A DNA stretch of 64,000 nucleotides from Azolla caroliniana (Eukaryota > Plantae > Polypodiophyta), in assembly GCA_043228905.1 (NCBI GenBank), contig JBHGNT010000015.1:2790001-2854000 (forward strand), given 5' to 3'. Below, piece by piece: positions 47,630-60,863 of the stretch (its first letter is position 1; each line of letters begins with the position of its first letter). The position numbers were made by a program, and so were the translations under genes. The notes under the pieces were generated by a model. That model searched no databases and had not been told where the DNA came from. It saw only the letters and a list, made by a program, of their open reading frames with translations.

Positions 47630-50509
47630 CACGTCAGACCCACACCTTTAATCTTCCTCCAAAATGGCCCTGATGTTTGGTTCTGCTCCGGTGTCCGGGT
47701 CCAGGGAAGGCGTACGGCCCGTAGGCGCGTCGTTGAGTGGTTCCCCGACTTGCTCGGGAGGGCTTCCCATGGTGTCGTTGGCTTCTTGTGTGGGTGGTCC
47801 GGGTTCTGCTGGCTCTTCCTGTGCTATTGTGGTTGGTTCAGCCTTCGGTAGGCTTGTGGTAGGTCACGGTTTTGTCTCGTCCGTAACTTTCTCCATGATG
47901 TCGGTCGTAGTCATAAGCTCTGGTGGTTGGGGTTCCTCTTGGTCGGCGGTTTCGCTTTCTGGTATTGCAGGGGGCTCCGCTCACCGTTCCAAGCTGTCCA
48001 CCGTAGTGGTAATTTCCGGTGACATGGGTTGAGGTTCCTCTTGTTCGGCAGTATCTGGAATTGGTATCATGATGGACTCCTCGTTTGTTCGCATGCTGCC
48101 GGCTTGCATGATCTGGTGAAACAGGTCCTCTTGACTTTTGCCAAAATCCTCTAGTAGCTGCACGAGTTCCTCGGAATGTTGGTCTGCTAGCGTGCGATAG
48201 TCCTGCACTAGGTCCTCGCATATTGCCGCAATGCTTTCCTCATTGAGTTTGTAGAACCCTCGGCCGTCTTTCCTTCGGTTCTCCCAGTCCGCCCAGTACA
48301 TATGCAATTCCGCCGCTTGTGAGGCCCACGCCGTCCATCCTTTGTCTAGCACTCATTTTAATTGCGTTGTAAACCTCTCCCGATTCGTTTGCAGAAGTAT
48401 GCGCACGTTGTCTGTTATTGCTTGGCAACGGTTGCGTGCTTCTTCTACGGATTTCTTGAGGTTTTTGATTTTTTATTTACTAACCGCCACTGCTTCCTCA
48501 TAAGTGCTCCTCATTCTTGCCCATAGCTGAGATTCCTTCGAATGTAGTTCTTCTAACTTTCCCATTTCATTGTTCAGACGGATTTCTAGCTGATGCCTCC
48601 TCTCTTGTTCTCCAACCAGCTGCTCATCGAACCATGCTTTCTTTTTGTCTAATAATACCCGGAGTCTCGTAATTGCTGCTTCCGATTTTTTCACTTCCTC
48701 CCGTAGTTTGGTGTTTTCTTCTTTCATGCAGGTGTGTTGTGTTGCCTCCGCTGCGAGTTTCTCTTCAAGTGTTTTTACTACCTTTCGGCCGTTGGCCCGG
48801 ATGTCCTTCTCTCTGTCCGAGGACTGGTGAAGTTCGGAGCGGAGACGGTCAATCTCTGATTTTTCCAGTTGCATGGCCTGTTTTTCTTTCGAGGCAATGG
48901 CGGTCTGGGCTTCAATTTCTTCCCTCAGGGCTTCGGCGGCGTTGGCCGTTGGTTGCTCTGCCTGTTGCGATGTAGTCGCGTTACGCTCCAACTCCGCGAT
49001 GCGTGCGTTGGCCTTTTGTAGTTCGGCTTGGTTCAGTTTGACAGTCTTCCAGACATTTTCATTTTTAATCGCCATATCCTTGGTGCCCATACTAACCTTC
49101 GCTAGTTCCCAATGAACTACGACAAGGGCCACATTTAATGGGGGTAGTTCAATCCCCATTCGGTGTATACCAGCGTTCCTCTGTCTGCCGACTCTGGCTA
49201 ACTTATCCTCATCGTCGCTTTCCGCTGTTTGTGTTAGCGCGCGCTCGATCATTTGGCGTTCCGCGTGCTCCTCGACCATTCATTGTGAGACTTTCATTTC
49301 TTGCGTTTCCAAAAATTCCATGAGTTCAAAAGTGGTTCTGAACTGTAATAGTGCGCCGAACTCATGGGTCGTGTCCGGAATGTCCGGATATGCCAAGACC
49401 TCGCTTTCCGCCGTAAATACGCCTTTCCCCCGCTGTGACTGGACCGTAATGATCGGCTGTGGTTCCTGGATTATTTCGAAGGTGGTGTTGGGATCCGTAG
49501 CTATGGAGCTGTCGACCACGGTGACCGTCTCTATGGTCGCGAGTGTGTCTTTAACTAACCTGCCCCCATCTTTCTTGTCTAGTCTCCGCCGTTTCGGCCT
49601 CGAGCTTTCTTGTCGTGGTTCGGCTTCCGGCTCCTGTGCCACTTTCTCGGTGCGCTCAGCCTACTCTTCCTGTGTTGTTCGCGTGTTCGGCTGGGTGGGT
49701 TGGGGTTCATCCTCCCACTCTATGGTGGCTATCTCTGCTAACCTTCGTTTCGCGAATCGTGGTGGCGGCATGGGTTTGCTGGGTTGCGGTGCCGACAGAC
49801 CTCGAGGTGGGAATAGTATCGTCAGATACTGTTGGATGATAGGCCTGAGCTTTTTTCCTCCTTGATATGCGTGCAGGCCTTCCCGTAACGCCAGCCCGGT
49901 AATGACCCCCCAATCGACTATACGCCCTTCAAAGGTATCAATGATGATACCTGCCTTTTGCTTGGGCATCCCATATGTGTTTACATGTACGCATCTTACC
50001 TCCAACAGGGACTTGGCGATTTCGCAGAAAAAGGGGTCTGGGATCTCCTTCGTTCTATATGCCTTGGCGGATGACGAATATGGACCGAAATATCTCTGCA
50101 AAGATTCCGCAGGAGGGATTTCGAAGTGCCTTTCACCCAGTGATGACAAGTTAAGCTTTTTCCGGATGGATGTGTTGGTGACTGTGTCAATATTGAGCTT
50201 CCCAGCGATGTCCAAGGCTTCAGGGTGGGGAGGTGCCTTGGCGACTCTGATGCATCCATCCAAGAGTTTCTCCACGAGCCATCGACGCAAGGCGGCAGAA
50301 ATGGGTATCGGCATATTCGGATTCGGCTCGTGGCTAATGGGTGAGGATTGTTGGCTATGGCGAACTTGGGCTCTGTGATAGGATGGAGAAGAGGGTGAGG
50401 AAGGAGAGTGATGAGAGCGATGAGATTTAGAAGGTTGGTTTCTGTATTGTGCAGAAAACCTTCTATTTCCTTCTTTTTGTGCCCTAGGGTTCATTGGTCG
50501 GTGAGCCAT
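47630..50509 (-). pseudogene. G4 accessory ORF
   Basis: Fragments 49661-50509, 49280-49642, 48473-49279 and 47981-48352 colinear with the G0 and G1 accessory ORFs. Confidence 0.83.
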
Positions 50510-51166
50510 TGTGGTGCCGCGTGTTCTTGGCCTAGAAGTCTGTGCATGTCTTAAGTCCTTTTAATAGCGTCGCTATCTTCTCTTTTTCTTTTCTTTTTTC
50601 TTTTTTTTTTTTTTTTGTTTTCGTAATGGTTACATACACTATTATCTTTACACTATAGTACAAGTGGGGCCCTATACTTACTCCGCGGATTCTCCGGCTT
50701 TGTCCTGTCTGGCGGGGAACATGTTAGGTGGCATAGGTCCCATATAAGGTTTAAGGAGAAACCCATTCACTTTTTGACGTAACACTTCCCCGGCCAACGT
50801 GCGAAGTTGAAATGTGCCCTGTTCTACTCCCACTGTCCAGTACGGGCTTGTCCAGCGGAATCTTAATTTTCCTGGCATTTGCCCCATGCGTGTTTAGAAA
50901 ACTAATACCGCTTTCCCAACCGTAAAGTCTTTTTCATGCGCATGCCGGTGTCGGTCCACGAATGCTTTTCGCCGCCGATGTTCCTGCTCCAATATGGCCA
51001 TACTGCGTAACCTTGTTTCTCCTAGTTCTAGCAGTTGTTGTAGTCGTACTTGTTCGGATTTGCCCTCTGGTAGCTGGGCTCGTACTTGAATCCGCAAACT
51101 GGGTACCTGGAATTCGACTGGCATCACGGCCTCCAGACCAAATGCTAGCCTGAATGGCATTGATTG

Positions 51167-51853
51167 TGTTGGGAGACAGGTCCCTCCGGATGGGAAGGGA
51201 GAAGAACAGTGCTGATGAACAAACTCGGATGAGGAGTACCCGGCTACGAAGAGCCGGATGACGCAGACCCGGTGAGAACCGGATGAGGAGTACCCGGCTA
51301 CGGAGAGCCGGATGACGCAGACCCGGTGAGAACCGGATGAGGAGTACCCGGCTATGGAGAACCGGATAGCGCAGACTCAGTGAGGAATGCCGAAACCGGA
51401 TGAAGAGACATATTCGTAAATATGTTTCTGAGAGTCCATCGAGGCTATATTTGTAAATAGCCGAAAAGTCATATTAGTATAAATATGACTTAGGGCAAAC
51501 TTTTATGAACAGTTGTTGTCATTCTTGTTGGTGCAAGGAGAGAGATAATGCGTAACTGTGTACAGAGAGAGAGAGAGAGAAAGAGGTCGTTGCCTCTGTT
51601 GTAACCGCCGCCTGTGGCGAAGATCATGAGCACGAGGTCGTTGCCTCCGTGAACTCACTGTTGTACATTCTAACATAGTGATAGTTTGCAGCCTGTGGGC
51701 TGCCGTGGTTTTTCCCTCTTTGGGTTTTCCATGTAAACATCCTGTGTATCCTCCTCTTCTTTGTGTCGTGCGTTTTATTTCCCGTTCTCTATGTATGATT
51801 CTAAGCTCGGTTGTGGCCGAGCGTTGCGCATAAGGAGCATTGAGTTCCCGTCA
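51167..51853 (+). mobile_element. Solo LTR, family D, inside G4 integrase
   Basis: TGTTGGGAGAC...CCCGTCA termini; reverse complement of 4533-5318; flanked by a 27-bp direct repeat. Confidence 0.88.
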
Positions 51854-54800
51854 AAATGCTAGCCTGAATGGCGTTGATTGTATGTTGGTTTTGTAGATGG
51901 TACGGTATGCCCATAACGCGCTGTGCAATTTGGTATCCCAATCCGTTCTGTTCTCATTGACTATCTTTTTTAGGATAGTTTGTAGGGTTTTGTTCGTGGA
52001 TTCCGCCAAGCCATTTGCCTGCGGGTAATACAACGTACATTTTTTGTGAACCACAACGTAATGTTGGATCAGTTCGTTGATGACCATATTGAGAAAGTGA
52101 CTCCGTTGGTCACTAATGAGCTTGATAGGGCAGCCGAAACGACACCAGATGTGTTCGTAAAGGAATTTCGTCGTGACTGCCGCGGTATTCTTGCGTAGTG
52201 GTTTTGTTTCTACCCACTTGGTACAATAATCCATGGCCACCAGGATGTACTTATTGCCTGTTCGAGCGGCCGCCGGGGTAAAAGGTCCCACAAAATCTAG
52301 CCCCCACTTTTGGAAAGGATCCAGTGGCAACATTGGTTGGTGTGGCATCCTCGCGACTTCCGTAGGCTGGCCCAGTCGTTGACATAAGTCGCACTGTCTG
52401 CAATATTCATATGCATCCTTTTGCATTGTCGGCCACCAAAGTCTCGCTTGCCAGATTTTCCGGGCCGTATCATTGTGCTTCGCGGAGAACCGGGGCCTTC
52501 TCATCCTGCCGTATTCCGCGCCTCCAGATACCGTCACTGCCTTTGTGGGATAGTATGTCTTCTACTAAACAGAAATGTCGACTCCGCACGGCTAGCCATT
52601 TTTTCTCATTCGTGCGTAATTGGGGTGGCGGTAACCCCGTGGTCAGGAAATAGGTCATTTCCATCAACCACCAATTCGAAAAAGTCTTTTCCATTTGTTC
52701 TACTAGAGTTGCTACCCGCAGAATGTCCGCATTCGGAAAGTCGTCGTCATCCTTCTGTGTCGTTTCTCCATTATCTAATCTGCTCAAGAAATCTGCCACT
52801 ACATGTTGCATACTCGGGCGGTGCTGAATTGCAAAGTCGAATTCTTGAAGCAGCAGCATCCATCTAGCCAATTTCCCCGTTAGCGCTTGTTTCCCTACCA
52901 AATATAGTAGTGTCGAATGATCCACGTGAAACATGAATTTCCGCCCTAACAGATAATTCCGGAACTTATTGATGTTGTATATCATACCCAACGCTTCAGT
53001 TCCGTTGTGGAATAGTTACGCTCAGCCGTTGACAATTTCCGACTAGCGTAGTACACTGGCCGGTACCAATTCGGCTCCGTGAGCTACATTAGCACACTAC
53101 CTATTGCTATGTCTGAGGCATCTACGAACACATGGAATGGCTTCGCCCAAACTGGTGGTTGTACAACGGGTGCCTGTGTTAGCATTACCTTTAGCGCATA
53201 ATATGCCTTCTCTTCCATAGCTGTCCATTGGAAAGGAGTCTGATGAACGACAACATGTAATGACGTGGCAAAGTCCGCCAAATAGCGTATCATCCGATTG
53301 TGCCATCGTATTTGTCCCAAAAACCGGCTAAGTGCTTTCGCGTTTGTCGGTGTTTTTGCATGAGTAATCGCGGAGATTTTATTCGGATCGACCGCTATCC
53401 TTTCCTTACTGACTATGTGGCCGAGGAGAGCCCTGCTGGTAACGCCGAAGGCACATTTGGTGGGATTCAGGCTTAAGCGTGCGGTTCGACAACGCTCTAG
53501 TCAAAGCTGCAGATGCGTAAAATGGTCGGTTTTTGCCCCATATACCGCAAAATCGTCTAAAAAAACTTGCATGAAGGCCGGAATATATTCCCCAAAAATC
53601 TCCGTGATTGTCCATTGAAATGTAGTCGGTGTTGTCTTTAGCCCGAACATCATGACGACTGCGACATAGACTCCCCAGTCCATGACAAACGTCGTCTTCT
53701 CTTGGTCGTCGGGGTGCATGCGTACTTGGTTGTACCCACTGAAGCCATCAAAAAAGTTGTACATGTCATGCCTTGCAACGGTGTCCAGTACGCTATCGGT
53801 GAACGGTAGGGGGAATGCGTCAGTAATGGTTACGACATTCAATTTCCGGTAGTCCACGCATACATGTATTTTGCCATTTTTCTTCGGTACGACCACTATC
53901 AGGCTTAACCATGTAGCTTGTTGACTGGTCGTATGAATCCGTCCTTGAGGAGTTTGTCAATTTCTTCTTTTACGCAGCCCGCGTAGTTTGGGTTCATACA
54001 GTATCGACGTTGCTGGACCGGTTTTGCGCCGGTCGCTAAATTGATCTTATGTTGATAGAACTTCGGATCTAACCCCTTCATGTCCTCGTGGGACCAGGCG
54101 AACACATCTTTATACTTCTTGAGTAGTACTATCATCGTGTCTCTCTGATCCGGCAATAATTCTTTTGCGATGGAGAGGAATCGGGGCTCTGACGTCGTAC
54201 CCACATTTACTTCTTCCAAGGTTGAGGCAGTGACTCATCATGAAATTTCCATTTCCCTCTCGAACGTTGCCCGTGCTCTGCTTAGTTCTAATATTAACTC
54301 CGGGTTTGGTTCATAAGCCTCATTGTGGAGCGTAGCAAGCGTGGCATACTCTGCCGCGGTTTCGATGACGTCGATTTCGAATAGCAGAATGATTCGGGGG
54401 TGCTCGTCTAGGTATACCTCTAATTCTATTTCATCCACCCTAGCCAGCATATTTATATCATCCGCGTACAATGGTGTTATGCCCTTGGGTTGTGCCGCCA
54501 TTTCCTTTGTTGGTACGCGAACCTTGGTGTGTCCGCGTCGAAAGCTGATACACTTATGTTGCCAGCTCTGCTTGATATTCGCTGAACGAAGCCACGGTCT
54601 GCCCAGCAGCATAGGATACGCTCTTGGGGCGTCAAGGGCGAGGACTACCACCGAGATGTCAAAGCGATGTCCTCCCACGATAATACCTATCTTGCGTATC
54701 AAACCCAATGGTCATACTGAGCGGGTATCCGCCATGCGAAGCCAAAACGGGCAAGCTTCCCATTCTGAAATTCCCAATTGTTCGCATGTCTTCGCGCTAA

Positions 54801-56203
54801 TTACATTAACACCCGAGCCGTCGTCAATTATGCATCCTGGGATTTCCTGACAGTGTAGTATCAACTTAATAGCCGAATTGTGGTGATCCACCACTGTTGG
54901 TCCGGCACTGATGTCCGTAAAATTCGCAGCGACGCTTACCCTAGGTCTGCCCGTTATCCGATCCTCCACGGCCTAGCGGAATCGTGGGACTAGTTGCAGT
55001 AGCTTCTCCATGGTTAGTGTTATCTCACAGCCTGTCAGTGCTTGTCATATGGGATCCGGAGATATTCCATCTTCCTCCAATGGCTCCACCGTGTTTGCGG
55101 ACTCCTTCCACATGCGTTCCGTATTTGCCATGTTGGCCTTTTCAACCCATGCTTGGGATGTCTGACGTATCTCATCTTGCACGGCCCAATCAGCATTTTT
55201 GGTGTGTTTTCGTGTCCTGACTTGTTGTACTTCCGCCATAATTGTATTGACGGCGGACCCCTTGCCTTTGCGTATTGGGCATTGTGTGGCATAATGTCCG
55301 GGTTGTTGGCAAACAAAACAATGGACGCTAGATTCGCCCTTCTCGGCAACTGGTGGTGTGTGCCGATCCCTAGGTGTGACTTGCTCCTCCCAGTCCTGAT
55401 TCGTTCATCGGAGCGTACGCGGTGGTTGTTGTTGGTCCCGGCGCGGTTCCTGGTGCCGGTCATCATCCGAACTTTCATCGTACCACTATTGGTCCCGATA
55501 TTGACAATGTTTTCCGCAAGGCCCATTGAAGCCGCCACGTTTGTTCGTCGGACGGTAATTCTCATAACGTCGGCCCCCTTTAGTATTTCTGTGGTTGCCA
55601 TGGTAGTCTTCATCCTCCGGCTTGTCTTCCTTGGAATTGTTGTGATTTCGGCGATTCCGGTACTGCTGGTCATCGCGTGGATTTCGATCCATAAACCAGG
55701 GTCGTTCTTCTTGCCGCCTTTACTCATTACGGCGAGGGGGACGTTGTGTTTCCACGTTGCGTACTATGAGCATGGATCTGTTCAACATATTGTACTCGCA
55801 CTGCTCAACTATGTGAGCTTTCGAGTGACAAATTGGGCAGTGGATTCGCATGTTGCATTCAACTACGGAATGCCTCGAATTTAAGCAAATCGTGCACTGG
55901 ATCGCCTGGCGAAAATGTCGTTCCTCGTCTGGAGGTAACGTTTGTCGTAATGAGGACATGGAAAACCTTTCCTCTTCTTCATCCAGCTCGAGCTGTAGCG
56001 CTCGTTCTATGACCATATCGGTCGTTTCCCCTTTCACGTTATTGTTGTTGAGCGTTGTCCGTATGGGTCGTCGTAATGTTGCCAGAAATGTCTCCCGAGC
56101 CTCGTCCTTCGTCGGGCCTCGTTCTAATTTCCGTCGTAGGTTTTCCATGTCCTCAGCCGTTACCATCTCAGCCGGCAACTGTTTAATTGTGTAAAACTGC
56201 CTG

Positions 56204-56548
56204 AGGATTTCGCGTTGCGGCACCCTCCGATGAAAAAAACGCAGAAAGGTTGACTACAGCTAGTCGAAGGTTGTGATTGCTGGCAGATCCATCTGCGAAT
56301 GCCAAAATGCCACTCTCCCATCCAAGGTTAATCCGAACTCCATCATTTTGGACTGGTGCGCTACTGCTTCAGAAAGGATCTCGCGTTGCGGCACCCTCCG
56401 ATGAAAAAAACGCAGAAAAGCTGACTGCAGCTAGTCGAAGGTTGTGATTGCTGGCAGATCCATCTGCGAATGCCAAAATGCCACTCTCCCATCCAAGGTT
56501 AATCCGAACTCCGTCATTTTGGACTAGTGCGCTACTGCTTCGGAAAGG
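56204..56548. repeat. ~171-bp tandem duplication in G4 gag
   Basis: AGGAT(T/C)TCGCGTTGCGGCACC...GAAAGG occurs twice in tandem. Confidence 0.88.
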
Positions 56549-57288
56549 CTCTGCGCCATGTGGTTTGCATTCCAGACATTTAGGAACAGTCGAATGTGGG
56601 TTGCGGCATTGGTTTCGCCGTTGAAGCGGGGATAAGAAAAGGCCATGCTAGATGTTATGGCGGGCAGGGAAAGACCACAGTGCTTTTGTGGTGAGTGTGC
56701 TTGCTGCATGTCGCCGAGGTATTTGGGGAGCGAGAAATCGTCTTTGTGGTTCCGACAGGTATCACTGAGGTCGCTGAGGCGTGGTTTCTGCCGTGCGTGC
56801 TCCCCTGCCTGGTGTGTGATGAACTGTGTGATTGGTTGGCCGTGTCGTGTTGGTTCTCTAGGTCGTCTGCGGCTAACCATCCATTCGTCGTTGTTCGTCT
56901 GTGAGGAGACATAGATCACTAGGCGTGCCAAAAGTGCTACCGATTAGGAACATGGTCTACAGTTAGTCCTTCGACCTAGACCTCAAAGTGATTGTGTTGC
57001 AATGAATGGTAGCGTCGTAGCGTAATTCTTAGTGAGATACCTCCCGTATCCTAGTAGCGTATAAGGGAGACGGCTACAACCGAACTCCTTAGACAGTGGA
57101 CTAGCAACCCCACTGTTACTCACGCCTACACTCTTACGACTGCACTACGCCACGAAGAATCACAGACACACAGTACATTAACCATGGTCGTTCACGCTTC
57201 CCACGTGAAACGTCTACATGCGTTACAATATTACTATATTCTATATTTCTGCGCTCTTGTTTGTCGGTTACTATTCCAGTGGACAACA

Positions 57289-58588
57289 ACCCTCTCTTAG
57301 CATTGGTTCCATAATCACTCTCCAATCTATTGCGCCCTTCGAATGTATCAATGATAATGCTTGCCTTCTGTTTCGGCATCCCGTACGTGTTGACGTGCAC
57401 GCAACCGACCTCAAGTAGGAACTTGGCTATTTCTCAAAAGAATGGGTTCAGGATGTCTTTCGTTCTGTTTGCCTTGGTTTTTACGGAGTATTCCCCAAAA
57501 TATTCTTCTAGAGTTTCTGTAGGGGGAATGTCGACGTGTTTCTCCCCAATCGCAGGTAGGTCCAATTTTTTCCGAATGGTGGCGTTTGTCACAGTGTCCA
57601 CGTTGTCGTGAAGATTCCGGGCCATAGTGAGAAATGGGGGGATATCGGAATAATCGGCGGAGTGCACCATGTGCACCTACCCTTGTAAAAACGTGTGAAT
57701 AATAGGAGTTAAGTCGGGACAGAGGATCCCATGTAATAAGGGGTTTATCCCACATTGTTATGCTCCCTCTCCTTGTTCTATAAAAGGGAGGGAGCGCCCT
57801 TTGTGAAAGGGTTGCCCATTTTGAGTTGTAAGGGTATACCATTTTTGTGCTTTCCTTTCTAGGGTTAGCTACATTCTTTTTTCTTTTTTTTTCTCTTTCT
57901 TCTTCTTCTCCTTCTCGAGAAGTCGGGTGGGAGCTATGGCGGCAAAGCTATTAGGTTAACTTCTCTTCTTCTGTGCGTAGCTAGCTCGTGGCCGCGGTCG
58001 TATCTTTCCCCGTTTGTAGGTTTGCTTCTGCTAGGTCTCCTGTGCAAGACCCCGCTCGACGCGACAGCCGTGAGCTCCCCGACCGGCGGCTTGGTAGTCG
58101 ACTGCGGCTACAACCTACCTTGGTCCGGTTTGGAGCCGGGGTTGTAATCTTCTCTTGTAATATATATATCTGTTTGGCTGTGCACTTCTGCGTCTCTGAT
58201 GGTGTCGGGTGTTTCCACCCTTTTTGGTTTCTGCACATAAGAGTCAGTGTTGCGCGCAATCTTTCTCTCTCTCTCTCGTGTTCGGTAGCCTCTGGTACGT
58301 GTCTGAAGTCGATTTCCTGAACTCCCTTTCTCCCTCGTCCGAGACCCCCGTGGTCCCACCCCTTCCACATGCAAGCGCGTAACAACACGACAACGTTGAG
58401 CTTTTTGGCGATGTCGAGAGCATCAGGGTGTGATGGTGCCTCAATGACCCTGATGTACCCCTCAAAACCCTTGTCCAGGAGCCATCTGCGTAAAGCTGCA
58501 AAGCCCTCGTGGGTGGAAGAGACTCGTGTAGAATAGGTGAAGCTCTCAAACTACGATGATCATGAACTCTATGGTATAACACCTTGGT
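57289..58588 (-). pseudogene. G0 accessory ORF, N-terminal part (split by a solo LTR)
   Basis: VHVNTYGMPKQKA, VDTVTNATIRKKL and APSHPDALDIAKKL match G4 ORF 49661-50509. Confidence 0.8.
57604..58392. mobile_element. Solo LTR with TGTCGTG...CACGACA termini
   Basis: Perfect 4-bp TSD ACGT at 57600-57603 and 58393-58396; the host ORF continues across it. Confidence 0.85.
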
Positions 58589-58844
58589 ACCAGTATCACA
58601 TGTTCTCGAAAACTTGATGAAAAAGCTAAAATTTTCACCATTTGGTAAAATGCCAAATTTTGGCCAAATATGAAAAGTAACTTTGTGTATTTTTAAGGAG
58701 AGATTATAACTAGTAGTATTTTAGATCCTAATGAAATCATAAACGAAAGATTTCAAAACAATCAACTTTTTTATTTCATTCGATAAAATGTTGTCTAAAT
58801 TTGTTACATATCGTTGTACAAAAAATACATTTAAGAGTTATTTG

Positions 58845-59130
58845 CATCACTATCATCAGAATCACTACTATAGATAATATACAATTGTGATGCTTCCTCC
58901 TCATTTTCAAATGTACCAATCAAATCATTGTCTTCACCAAATGGTGTCTCCAAATTGTGTGCACTAAATCTTGTTCACCTTCAATCTGAGATATCTTCTA
59001 GACTTGGTAATATCTCTTTTATTATGTCTATTGTTGTCGTCCTTAAACATCCAACTTTTGTCAGTGTAAAGTCATACACAATGATATCCACCTCACTAAT
59101 GTCAATGATAGATGTATTACAAAGGTTTAA
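58845..59130 (-). pseudogene. Remnant of a Sola-like transposase C-terminus
   Basis: Minus strand reads SEVDIIVYDFTLTKVGCLRTTTIDIIKE...EDNDLIGT, matching RVDILVYDFSLTKSGHLRQATIKIIKE...EDNALIAT in ORF 39883-40206. Confidence 0.78.
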
Positions 59131-59384
59131 TGCATCACCACGTCCAAAACTTTACCAATGCAGAATTGGTGCCCTAGGTCATGGCCATCTACATACGTAG
59201 TTATTAATATACCCACCTTGAGTTCTTACAAGTTTCCTTGTCACCTAAGTTATGCTCGTGTTGTCATCCTTAGTTCCACATAAATGTTTCTCTGTTGTAG
59301 ACGAACCAAACTATGAAGATCAACATTAAGTGCTTGAAGTGGTGATTAAGAACCACGAGAATATTTTATGGACCACATAAATGG

Positions 59385-60863
59385 CATTTGCAAGGTTCAA
59401 TTACCATAACACAATTATTAATGGTTTTTTGTTAATCAATGAAGCACATGTTCACCATAAGGTGTCTTGTTGTGTAGCATACTTCTTTGTAGTATCGATA
59501 TGCATCTTTTTATCTTATAAAACCAGAGATTTTAGTACAATTCGAGTTCAGTAAACCCTAAACCTCTTTTATTTGAAAAAGAAGAAGATTTATAAACATG
59601 AACTCCATACATTGTATCGAGTTGATGTAAAAAATAGAGTTTTCATCACAATTCCATACAACGTATCAAATTCATGTTCAAAGTTTTTTTCCCCAGATTT
59701 AAAAAATAAATAAAATAAAACATTTCAAGCTTGAGTTGATGAAAAAACCAGATTTTTCACCACAATTCAATACAATGTATCGAATTCATGTTAAAAGTAA
59801 TTTTTTTCAATTTTTTTTTTTTTGTTTTTTTTTGTTTTTTGGAAAAAAAAACTTTAAACATGAATTCGATACATTGTATCGACTTGTGATGAAAACTCTA
59901 GTTTTTTCATCACTTCAATTTTTATTTTGTTTTAAAAACAAAAAGACCCAAAATAAATAGAAAAAAATCTTTTTTTCTTTCTTAAAACCCAAAAAAAAAC
60001 ATTAAACATGAACTCGATACATTGTATCCAGTTCATGTCGAAAAGTCAGATTTTCAACACGAACTCGATACAATGTATTGAATTCATGTTGAAAAGTCAA
60101 CTTGAGTTGATGAAAAAACCAGATTTTTCACCACAATTCAATACAATGTATCGAATTCATTGTATCGAGTTTGTGTCGAAAAGCTGAATTTTTTACTTGA
60201 ACTTGATACAATGTATCGAGTTCATATTTAAAGTTTTGGTTTTGGTTTTCTTTTAAAAACAATTTTGATTTTCTTTCTATTTATTTTGGGTCTTTTTGTT
60301 TTCTCTTTTCTTTAAAAAAATTGAAGTGATGAAAAAACTAGAGTTTTCATCACAAGTCGATACAATGTATCGAATTCATGTTTAAAGGTTTTTTTTTCCA
60401 AAACAATAAAATAAATAATAATAATAATAATAATTTAAAACAAAATTACTTTAAACATGGAATCGATACATTGTATTGAATTGTGGTGAAAAATCTGGTT
60501 TTTTCATCAACTCAAGCTCGATTTTTTCATTTTTTATTTTTTAAAACTGGGAAAAAATACTTTGAACATGAATTTGATACATTGTATGGAATTGTGATGA
60601 AATCTTTGCTTTTTACATCAACTTGATACAATGTATGGAGTTCATGTTTAGAAATCTTCTTCTTTTTCAAATAAAAGAGGTTTAGGGTTTACATGAACTC
60701 GAATTGTACTAAAATCTTTGTTTTTACAAGAGTAAAATATGTGCCATATCAATTTTGTAAAGAAGTATGTTGCACAACAAGATACCTTATGGTGAACATG
60801 TGCTTCCTTGATTAACAAAAAACCATTAATAACTATGTTGATGGTAATTGAACCTTGCAAATG
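59385..60863. repeat. ~1.5-kb foldback (long inverted repeat) built from about a dozen 31-bp palindromes, core TCGATACAWTGTATCGA
   Basis: The arm CATTTGCAAGGTTCAATTACC... at 59385 is the reverse complement of the arm ending at 60863; arms are ~650 bp. Confidence 0.9.

Larger units (their letters stand above)
50678..56650 (-). pseudogene. G4 gag-pol pseudogene
   Basis: FSYPRFNGE gag, CTIC...CPICH, IDDGSGVN, FLDDF, VDASD, QKWGLDFVGP, PQANGLAE. Confidence 0.9.
47204..57288 (-). mobile_element. Ty3/Gypsy element G4 (G0/G1 family, tRNA-Arg PBS), degenerate
   Basis: LTRs ~47204-47600 (outer ~15 bp lost) and 56935-57288; PBS TGGCACGCCTAG on minus at 56919-56930; inverted PBS at 47603-47619; the host ORF resumes at 57289. 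Confidence 0.88.

Noticed and set aside
58573-58593. TAACA followed by TGGTACCAG as an LTR end plus tRNA-iMet PBS
   Set aside because: The upstream sequence continues the G0 accessory ORF and the CCAG belongs to the 16-bp TIR; no partner LTR is present.
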